The notes beneath the pieces are model-generated. The model was not told the DNA's origin. It made no database searches and saw nothing but the letters and a program-made list of their open reading frames with translations. Below are positions 26,160 through 36,183 of a stretch of 64,000 nt of DNA, piece after piece. The position numbers were made by a program, and so were the translations under genes. The first letter of the stretch is position 1, and every line of letters begins with the position of its first letter. The stretch is from Massalongia carnosa (taxonomy: Eukaryota): positions 682,001 to 746,000 of the forward strand of contig OZ287079.1 in the NCBI GenBank assembly GCA_965645245.1. Direction: 5' to 3'.

Positions 26160-27031
26160 ATAAGTACTATGGGATGGAGGAGTCGGAGGGCTTTTTGGGG
26201 CATGGAGCCATGATGTGGATCACTAGTCGTGCCCGCTTGAAAAAAACGAATCAAACCCGCTTTAGGAGCAATAGAAACTCACGATTCAACGTTTTTCTCC
26301 CGATCAATCAGGATTTGACTATTAATCGAATGGAATCATTGATTCGTGTCTAAAGCATAAAGGGTGTGAATGCATGATGAAAAGGACATGATACAGGGGT
26401 TATTCCGGTGCTACATAGCTTATTGAAACCACACACACCAAATAAACACCACACCTTCGTCCTGAATATTGCATATTCTCCCATTTGATACTCAACCCCT
26501 CATTTCGTTTTCCGTTCAATGCCATTCTCATATTTGAAAGCCCCCGTGAACCACCCCCACAAATCCCCTAACATAAGAACGAAATTGACGGCGGGACGTA
26601 GAGCAAAACATTACTTGTCACCAACCAAGCCGGCAAGATCCAGTATGAAGAACTGGGACATTTTGAGGTCGAGGATGGGGGCTTTACTTACCGCCGGCTT
26701 TTGGTCCGGTTCTGCGATGAGGAGTGGAATGAATGGAAAGAAGACGAAAACGAATTTCGCAGGAGGGGGTTTTGTTTTAGCATGTAAGGTCGCGTGAGAG
26801 GAAAGATTGGTGTGTATGACACAAGAATGGAGGGCTGGATCAAACAGCTTAGACTAAACACTCAAGAAGACTCAAATGTGGATGCGACAAAGATGTCCGA
26901 AGGTTGCGACATAAGCAGGTAGAAGAAGAAAAAAGGCAAGGAACTATGCCATCAACCAAATACGTAGGGGCCCAGGCTTGACCGTCTCTTCCGTTTCCCG
27001 AAATTCATCTCCCATCGCCCCCTGCTCATTT

Positions 27032-27964
27032 CTAAGAATTGAACAAATCCACCTCCGCTTGCCTCCGCCGTACCAGTCCCTTCAACACCACCCCGCCAGC
27101 ATGCACGTATTCCATCATCTGCTTGGTCGCAGCGGCGAAATGGTGACTGTTGAGATTCGGTTCCAAGCCCCCCAGATTGCCGCAACCGAGGTTGAAGGCG
27201 AAAGAGACCAGAGCGTCGAACTGGTTTTGGGTGAGCTGTTGGTGGAGTTTTAAGTCAGTGAACTTAGGGCGCAAATCCGGCAGGAGCAAATTGATGGAAA
27301 AAACAACAACAAGGCGTCTAAGACAAGGGGAAAGGGACGACTGTACTTTGGCGGTTATTTGCTTGTTGACGCATTGAACGAAGCGATCGGCGTCTTTCCG
27401 CAGGAGAGCCTGGCCTGTTTTCTTCGAGATGGGCGCCTTGATATCGTCGCAGGCCGAGTCGGGCTGGCACGCGTGCCCATATCCGATCGTTTTGACCTTC
27501 TGAACCCTCGTAGTCAGCAAACTAGGGAAAATGTAGCTTCATGCGGAAGAGGTACAAACAGCGTTGTCACGGTAGAAGTTGGCACTCCAGCCTTCGAACC
27601 CGGCAATGAACGACACCCCATGCGCGCTCAAATCATGCTCATCCGAAGATTTGCCCCCGCTCCCGCCGCCAAGACAGCATTGGAACTCCGCTGGGCCGGG
27701 ACAGAGCCCGGTCTTGGAAGAACCGGAGCACTGGTTGGTGAAGCGGCAGTTGCCGCCCGTGCCACAGGAGGGTTTGGTGCAGCATTTCACATCGGCGGGG
27801 TCGTCGGGGCAGAAGTTAGAGTGGACGCTTTCGCCGGAGCCTTTGCACTGAGAGGTTGGGAGGCAGACTCCTGGGGTGCCGTTGGCGGAGCAAGGGCCAT
27901 TGACTTTGGCGAAGGTGATGCTGCTAAGGAGGAGGGAGTAAAGAAGGGTCTGAAGAAATGGCAT
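27032..27964 (-). CDS. Secreted GH24 (phage T4-type) lysozyme/muramidase with two N-terminal Cys-rich repeats; exons 27964-27560, 27499-27347, 27235-27032
   Basis: Signal peptide MPFLQTLLYSLLLSSITFA. The spliced FEGWSANFYRDNAKVKTIGYGH gives an intact E-x8-D-x5-T catalytic triad. GH24 motifs LTQNQFDALVSFAFNLG and LKGLVRRRQAE. Confidence 0.92.
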
Positions 27965-29139
27965 TTTGAAAGGCAGCTGTAAATTTTTGGAATTGTGTAT
28001 ATGTGAAACAGACATGGAATTAAAACCTGCGTTGGAATTGAAAGGTCGGGATATGAAAGCGTTTAAATGTTTTTTCACCTTCTCATGTTTCGTAGGAAGT
28101 GGAGGCGAAAATAATTATCGCTACAAGTGCAATCCAAAAACACATTGCCTACGTGCAAGAAGAGGTCAGACCACCCCATCGTTGAAACGGTCAAGGGCCG
28201 AATGAGATAACCCCCAACAGTTCCGGTTTTGAGATTTCCTTGAAGCTTCATCTCGAAATCGAGTTCTTCGCGTGATAATGGCTCCACGGAGGTAACGAGA
28301 TCGTTCTCCTGGAGATCAACGGATAGTCCCAGGGCACCAATCAACAGAGATGTTCGATAGCGTTGGTTCCACTGCAAACGGGATCTGTATGCTTTTCATA
28401 GAGATTTGGGTGGTGCCTGCGGAGATGGTACGACCATGCCGACATGTGGCGGAGCACAGTCAGTTCAACGCTCTTTAGATTAGAGGTTTCTGCCCATCCT
28501 TTGGTCCCTGGACCCCAAACCCGCTCATTTGATATTCACCATCTTGGCGATGGACATAATACCTGCTGTCATTACTGTACTACTCTGTACTCTGTATGTA
28601 AGAACGAGATTTCAGGGACAAGTGGGGGCCAGGCCGGAACCTCTTGGCGTCTCTATTGCACATAACTCGGTAGAATTCAACCCCAAGGAACTTCGATCTC
28701 GACTCGTACTATCCAAGTATCAACGGATGCATGATCCAAACGATATTCTAAAAATACGAAATAAACAGGTCTGGAGCATCATCAATCACATGGACCGCTA
28801 AACTGTGAAAAACTCTTAGCATTTCCCAATCGCACCTCAAAGTCCCCTTGCTTCGTCGAGGCGGAAAGGAAGCTAGAATATCCTCACCCGAGCGTTCAGC
28901 AATGGATGGCCTGTATGGCGGTATCGCCAGGAAATTTTTTTTTTGGCCCCAGCATCTCGTATCCTCACCGGCCATGCGGCCATTGGTATGAAGCTGCGAG
29001 GGGCGAGATGAATGGTGCTTAACCATCGTCTAGATACATAACGAGGAAATCCCTTCCATGGACACCACCCTTTAGGTGAATCTCCTCCATCGATCAAACG
29101 CTTTAGCATCTATCAAATAAATCTTCACTTCAAGCCAAT

Positions 29140-30009
29140 ATGTATTCTTTCTCCTTTATCTCATCCCTGGCTATTTTTGGACTCGCCATTGTCCATGGTG
29201 GCGTTCTCGAAAAACGTGCCATCCTCAACGGCGCCTGCACCGGCGCTGATAAGGCCCCGGGCGTCTGCATTCCTACATCAAAATGCACTTCGGCAGGTGG
29301 AAATCACATTACGGGGCTTGCCCAAATCTACTAGACGACATCAAATGCTGTACTAAGACTTCCTGCGGTACCGGCGGTAACTGTCGATTTACCAACGAAT
29401 GTACCGGCAACACACTGTCCGGCTTATGTCCCGGTCCAGCTGACTTCCAATGTTGCGTCCCTAAAACTTCCACAGGGGGCTATCCTACCCCGGCGTTCCC
29501 TAAGGTGGGGGCGTGCAAGAAGGTCGCCGTGGATGGTGCGGAAAAGATTGTCAAGGGCAACCCGGGCAAGGTCAGACAGGTTTATTGTACGAGGGATTGC
29601 ACTTGCCCAGGCGATAGCGATCATTGCTGTGGCAGGGCGACAGATATGATGTGCTCATCGAAGGGAGGAGTAAGCATTTCCCCCCTTAGCGGGCCATTTG
29701 CATTGGGCCTTTTGAGTTAAAATGTTTAATTTGCTAGAACCATCATAGGTAAAAACGACGGAAGGAGAATCCATAGCCGAATGGGTGATGCATAACCGCG
29801 CCTCTCTGGATCTCAAATACGTGATCTGGGGTCAAAGAATCTGGAATCCAAGCCGCGATGTCGTTAAACCCTGGGCGCAATGGAGACTTATGGAAGACCG
29901 TCATAGCATCACGAAGAATCATTGGTTTGTGCCTTCCACTTGCAATGCGTCATGATTGAGTTGCTAACTGTAGATTAGGGATCATGTACATGTTAGCTAT
30001 AATGCTTGA
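29140..30009 (+). CDS. Secreted protein with two Cys-rich repeats and a C-terminal H-x6-D...H-x-H (LAS / DD-peptidase-like Zn) domain; exons 29140-29669, 29749-29924, 29979-30009; 1-nt frameshift in the G-run near 29313
   Basis: Signal peptide plus a KR kexin-like site. Repeats are highly similar to those of the neighbouring lysozyme. The spliced C-terminus reads DHCCGRATDMM...LKYVIWGQRIW...MEDRHSITKNHWDHVHVSYNA*. Confidence 0.75.
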
Positions 30010-31029
30010 GTCAAAGAGCAGAACCCAACGCCTGCATTCTTCCTGATTTCCATCTCAAAGACTCGGTTAATTGACAACAAACGGATCCTAAGGATGGCTT
30101 GACGGGGTGGGAATACTTTTGCCTCAATTGTACATTTTCATCCTGTCTGATTTCATTCGCATTAGTGGTTGACTTTCATCCTCTATTGTAAACGAACCGT
30201 ACATATCAGTCTTACAAATTTCATTCCTAGGTCCCGATTCTTGGTCAATCTTGCCGCAAATCGTAAGATCATTTGAACTAAACATGAAGTCCACTTCGTA
30301 ACCAGGTGGTTATCAAGGCCCACTCCACATAAGTGTTATCTAACTATACCAATGCATGAAACGCTCTGGTTGTTATAAACGCTTAAGAAAGAATCCTTCA
30401 GCTTGACCTCGGCAATTGTTAGGTATCCAGCTATTAGGATGTATGTGACTTAAAAAGTAACTGCCTATGTTTCTAAACAAGATCACAACAAATTCCCATC
30501 CCGTCAGCTTCTAGCATGCGGGTGAGCAGCAGCTATTTCAAGATGAGTCGGGAATGAGCGATCTTGGGCAGTGCCTGAGTGGTGCGTGAGCCGAGCTGAG
30601 ATCTCGTGGGACAGTCCGAGGAAAAACACTTAGCAATGGTGAAATGCGCAGATGAGTTTAACAAGGATCAGATCACAAAGATGCAACGGAAACTTGAGAA
30701 ACACACGAAGTGAACGTTGACGAAGATAAAAAGCACATAACTCTTATATAAAGCAGTTGTTATATGTAACTAAGAAGACAACGAATGGTCAATGGATTAT
30801 GTCTCTTGAAAGAGAGAAATCTGCTACCTATGACGGGGAAGATGATCCGCCGTGGTCCCTCCCCGGGTCACAACATGTTTTATAGAACGGCTTGATTTTC
30901 GTAAATAGTGCCAAATCCGTTTAGAAGACGACCGCAGTCGATTAGTTGAATGTAAAGTTGTCTTTTCAGTACTAACGAGCCCTATCTTTTCTGTCAGCTT
31001 TTAGTTATCGGCGAAGAAGCTCGCTATTA

Positions 31030-31708
31030 CTGCATCTGTTGCCATTCCTCCTTCGAATACCATCCCACGGTCTTCTCCGAACGTTCCGTGAACCACTCGT
31101 CCTAGAAGAGATCCCCTGCAGTAGGCCTGTCTCTCGAGTCGAGCTTCATGATCTTTAGTAGAAAGGCTTTGTCAGCATTACAGATCTCTCTTTCTCTGAG
31201 ATACTGGAATGGTTTCAACTTCTCAGGTGGCATCACAGACATGATACCAATAATCGCTTCTTGTGTGTCCTCGTCAGCGATCTCCTTGCAATAGATCGGG
31301 AACGGTCCGAACCATTGATGCTGACGCACGATAGTTTTCGTGTCGTACATTTCATGGCCTTCTGGCTCTTCCGGCTCGAATATGTGGAAGTTGAGACCCC
31401 ATAAGAGGTTGATGAGTTATGTAGATATTAGTTTCCTGTAGAAAATCAAGTAGCTCAGGCCGTAACACCGAAACTCCAAATATCTGCAGCACTGTCCATG
31501 AAAGCTCAAGATGAACCTTAGGAGCCCGAAAGAGGCTGAAGGCGCCAATGTTCCTTTGACGCTTTTAATTACGACAGGGTTCGCTGCGCTCACGATATCT
31601 ACATACACTGCAAAATAGATGAATTCCGAGAGCTGCCCAGTAATTCTGTAGGTACCGGCTTTGCATTTAAGATACTGACCTAGGTATAAAAAAGATCTAG
31701 GTAACATT
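31030..31708 (-). pseudogene. Protein kinase remnant with the catalytic core deleted and an in-frame stop
   Basis: N-lobe VVIKSV is followed closely by ADIWSFG and C-lobe FGPFP...KIMKLDSRDRPTA. No HxD or DFG motif. TAG at 31102-31104 interrupts ...DLF*DEWF. Confidence 0.7.
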
Positions 31709-34454
31709 GCCGTTTCCTCGCTGCACAAACTTCACACCAGTTTCCTCCTTGTTACCTGCAAATTTTCAGAAATAGCTAGTTAAACGGTTGCACAACGGAC
31801 CAATAATAATGAATGAATGAATGAATGAACGAACGGACAAAGGACTACTTCATAAAACCTTCGGAATTAATTATGTGATATTTCTCCTTCTGAGTGGGCC
31901 CTTTCTGCTTTTACACTTTACAGAATATTTAGACGCTGCTAACACAGTTGTATAACTATTGATAGGAACCGTGATACACCTTGAGTACAGCGACTGATCC
32001 CGAGTCTTTGGGACATTGCTGACTTATTCACCTTAGGACACCGCCGGCCTGGCAGACTGGTTCTATTATCCTACTTCTCTGTAACTAGTCAGAGCCGGTA
32101 GCCTAATTCTGTGAACTCTACCTTGTTGGACTACATAGCCGAATCCTAGCAACCTACAACTAATCGACAGGACTCAGGATCTATCGATAAACATGTCACC
32201 TTGTTGAAAGCTCGTTTCTCAGTGATTTAAATATGAATCCCCAGATGTACTTCAACATAAAAGGCTTTCAGTTCCGAACGCTCACATATAACACCCCTTG
32301 CTGTACCCTTTCTTATAATAAGTATTAACTCTATCACAACCACTCGGATACACCAGAATGTTCCTAAAGCCTCAACATCATCATTCATATCGCCGTATAT
32401 CTCCTTTGTTCTTCTCCCCATGGATTTACAAGAGTGCGGCCAGGGAAGAGTTAACTTAGATTTAATTATCAACATGTTGAACAAAAACTCAACCAGGCAT
32501 ACGGCAGCGGGATGCAGGAGAAGAGGGTCTAGGGCTTTCAAGGATAGGCAAAGAGAAGTGCTTGGCAAACGTGATGCAGGTACTCCGTATTTCCAGTGAA
32601 GATACTCCAAATTTAGCTATCTGCTGCACTGAATTCTGAACGACTGAATAGCTAAATTACATGAGGAATCATCGTCTCTTTATACTGCTTGAGGGCCTCC
32701 ATCTCGGCCTATATCAAATGCATGAACCTGCTTCCTTTGAACCTTTTCAGCTGGGCAAAATATACCTTATTGCTGACCGGAGACACCGAGACACTCAGTG
32801 ATCATGAACAGCTGAATTGCCTCCGAAATGTAGCATCATTGCTGCATAACTTTGCCTCCTCGTAGTTGCCGAAGTCGTGCCGATATCTGAAGCTTTTCGC
32901 ATATAGCATATGATTGCCTAATCTGGAAATTAGTAAGCAGGAGGCAAAAGAACCTCGGTCGCAAATATTCAGGTATCTCGGCAAATTCCAATACAACAAG
33001 CTTCGCTAAAATCCTTGTTTTTCTGGTGTAAAGTAAAATATATTCCTAGCATTTTAATCCCTTTGAGAACACCACTGATTGGCACCTGTTCCGAGCAACA
33101 GTTGTCAAAAGGCACATCCAAGCAACCAATACCATTGTGGTCACTAATCTGAAAAGCAAGTACTCTGTCATGGAGTGACTGGGCACCTGCCAGTTAGTTC
33201 ATTGAATCAACCTTAGCTGCTTGAACGAAGCACTAGCCGGTTAGCCGATCCGAAAGGAACTAAGCTTAATCCGGTTCAAAGGTAAGTGTTCCAACTATCA
33301 ATAGTGTCATGGCGATAGTTTCATGCTAGGGACTTTGGGAAATTGGATCAACGGCTGGATTGGGACTAGTTCCGTTCGCCAGAGTCTTATACTCGCCCAC
33401 GTTGGATTTTCTGTTTCTTTTCTCCTTGTCGAACGTCTTGTCCACCTAGCTAGACAATCAAGTGACACGTTTGCACCACCTGAATTCCTACCTGACCTCG
33501 CACCGTGACATACTCGTCACTCCATGCTTTGAGGCCATAAATTGAAGAAGTGATTGTGTCACTTACGCATAAACACAATTGTGAGCCGACTATCCAAAAA
33601 TGGTCTTGTGACGATTGCCTCGATAACAGAGTCTGAGTACATAATGGCAATGATCATGGGGAAGACCGAAAACTTCTGCAAACCGAATAACCATAATATA
33701 TCTCGAAACTTACGGGACTAATTTTGTGTTAATGTCAAGTTTATCGAAATTATGTCAATGTGGACCAATTTTTAAGTTTCAAGAGTCTTAAGTTTCAAGA
33801 TTCTCAACAATTTTTCGAGGCTTTGGTCAACATCTGTGGGTGTGTGTAGCACGTCGACCTAGATAGAAATCTAATAGGGACTATGTACGAAAACTAGTAA
33901 GATGAAGAAAGAAAGCTATGTACAGATCGCCGGTTAATAAACACTCATACCCGTGCTAAGCCTAATGCAGGTTTTCATCACCGTGGTTGAACTGCTCATA
34001 CCACGCGTGTTAATAATGTCGCTACAAGCAGTGCTAAATCCGTTTTCGGTTAGATAAGGTGAATAGCACTACGTCATGTGCTGCCTGAGGTTAGAGCGTT
34101 GTAATCCGTGACAGTGTGTTCGGGTTCTAAATACTTTTTCGGGTTCTTGTATTAATGCTGACCTCAAGAAAAGGATTTAGCCTCTTACCTCCAAAGTCTG
34201 CCTGAAAATTCCTACACTTTGAAGTTATTTTGATGCTAAAGATGAGTCTTTCTTTCTTTCTTTCGCCTTCTTCACTTTTGATGTATCTACCTTTCTACGT
34301 TATTCCATACCTTCTTGGCTTCTCTACCCTAACATCCCTTGACTCTCTGTCCTCATATCTCTCTACCTTCCTACCTCAGTAATTCCTGAGATAGAAGATG
34401 AGGTACAGAAAGAGGTAAGTAGATTACGGGACAAGAGGTCTAATAGAAAAGAAG

Positions 34455-34894
34455 TGTCATGAAATCGAACCAACCCGATCCAGAATCAATCCCGCAGATG
34501 AATCTGACTAAGCTCCCGTTCCTCTATTCAGCTTAGTCAGAATCTCATTAACTAAATCGAGTTTAGACTCCTCTCAACGGCTTCAGGTCAAAGCTGTAAT
34601 CAAAGCGTACCAACGACAGGAGAACCTCATCTCCACCTTTTATCGTCAAACACCTCGTCAAACCTTCGTGCCGTACGTCTCCTAATAGGGGGAGATGAAC
34701 ACTGATCGAATCTTCATGCAAAGGGGTTCGAGACAAATATAAAAGGAAGGACAAGTTAATTAGATTGTTGACTCCTTGTCCGACGTCTTGTATAGCAATC
34801 CATCACCTAGCTATAGCCTTATTAATAAAGCCATCTTGATCACCCAATCCAATTCCTAGGAACATTAGTTCAATCCCCTGCCCAGTCCTTGACA
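34455..34894 (+). repeat. 5' LTR (440 bp)
   Basis: Direct repeat of 40596-41043, differing by about 3 substitutions and one 8-bp indel. Confidence 0.95.
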
Positions 34895-34964
34895 TTACGT
34901 CGGACCTACATCGAAAGGTGCCTTTCATAGCACTAGCCCCTGTCCCCCCTCATATTCCACCATC

Positions 34965-36158
34965 ATGTCTTCGTCTTCAGAAGAGATGACCGTCCCCCAA
35001 AATCCTCTCATCGACGAGAACGTGAAGTTGTTTCAAAACCAGTTCCAAACCAATCCTGAAGCATTCGTCGCGGAAATACGACGACTTCAAGACGAGGTGG
35101 CCCGGTTGCAGGCCGCCCCAGCTCCCGACCCCCCTATACCCACTCCAGCATCAACCTCGTCTCCCTCGTCCGTTCCGGCAATGGACCCTCAGATAGCTGC
35201 CCTCCTGCAGCTCCTTTTGACCCGGAATTCCGAGTCCAAAACCGATCTTCGTTCCGAAAAACTTCCCGACATCTCCGAGTACGATGGAGATGAAGCCAAG
35301 TTGGACTCCTGGGAACAGAGCCTGATTCAACGGATGCACGTTAATCATGATCGATACTCCACCGATGCCTCCAAGATTGCATACGCGGAGAATCGGCTCA
35401 CCATCGGGAAACGAGCTCACAACCTTATGAATGCGTATCGAGTGGATGGCATTTGTAGACTCACCACCTTCTCCGAATGGCGTTCTGCTGTTCGCCTAGC
35501 CTGCGACAACCCCTTCGAACAAGAGGATGCCCGTAAGTACCTTCGAGAAACCCTCAAGCAAGGCTCTCTGAGTTTCGAAGAGTACAACACTCTCTTCTCT
35601 CAGAAAAAAGACCGATCCAGAATGGAAGACGCTTCGTTGATTGATGCCATGAAGGCAAACATCAACTACTCCGTTCAAACCGCGGCCGTCCACTACCGAG
35701 TCCCCGGCACCAATCTGGAGCCAATCACCTTCGACGAGCACGTCGCAATGTGGTTAAGCACGGACCGGAAAATCCGTCCGATCCGTCATCTGGCACCCAA
35801 GGCCACGACTCCGGCCACATCAGCTCCCGCCAATCGAAGAAACGGCACCAAACTTCCTGCTGCCCCTTTCCCCCGCACTGTCGTCACGGGCACGGTCACC
35901 CCATCGATCCCAACCCCCGCCTTCCCCCCAGCTGGAGACCCCATGGACCTAAGTCAGGCCATGGCGGCTGTCAAAGGTCAGTCGTTGAAAACCGAGGGAG
36001 TAAGGAAGATCTGCGAGAATTGGAACCTGTGCTTCTATTGCAAATTGCAACACCTCGGGTCGGCCTCCGACTGTCCAAGTAAGCCTACCAAACGCCTTCG
36101 CAACATGGAAGTCGTCTCGACCCTCACTCCCGAGACTGACGACTCGGGAAACGTCTAG
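34965..36158 (+). CDS. gag: Gag with C-terminal zinc knuckle
   Basis: 397-aa ORF with GDPMDLS and CFYCKLQHLGSASDC. Confidence 0.9.
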   Translation: MSSSSEEMTVPQNPLIDENVKLFQNQFQTNPEAFVAEIRRLQDEVARLQAAPAPDPPIPTPASTSSPSSVPAMDPQIAALLQLLLTRNSESKTDLRSEKLPDISEYDGDEAKLDSWEQSLIQRMHVNHDRYSTDASKIAYAENRLTIGKRAHNLMNAYRVDGICRLTTFSEWRSAVRLACDNPFEQEDARKYLRETLKQGSLSFEEYNTLFSQKKDRSRMEDASLIDAMKANINYSVQTAAVHYRVPGTNLEPITFDEHVAMWLSTDRKIRPIRHLAPKATTPATSAPANRRNGTKLPAAPFPRTVVTGTVTPSIPTPAFPPAGDPMDLSQAMAAVKGQSLKTEGVRKICENWNLCFYCKLQHLGSASDCPSKPTKRLRNMEVVSTLTPETDDSGNV

Positions 36159-36183
36159 ACTCTGCGCATCGTCGCGCGCAGAG
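36146..36183 (+). promoter_or_regulatory. -1 ribosomal frameshift signal (GGGAAAC plus stem-loop)
   Basis: G GGA AAC just before the gag stop, then a CTCTGCGC/GCGCAGAG stem. pol lies in the -1 frame. Confidence 0.8.

Noticed and set aside
27359..27982. 207-aa plus-strand ORF
   Set aside because: Antisense shadow of the GC-rich lysozyme gene
32227..33170. Possible decayed TPR/NLR-like gene on the minus strand (e.g. HDFGNYEEAKL)
   Set aside because: Only short stop-ridden fragments with no diagnostic motif; cannot be supported without a profile search
34250..34454. Imperfect CT-rich/GA-rich inverted symmetry beside the Gypsy insertion site
   Set aside because: No definable TIRs or TSD; explainable by composition alone
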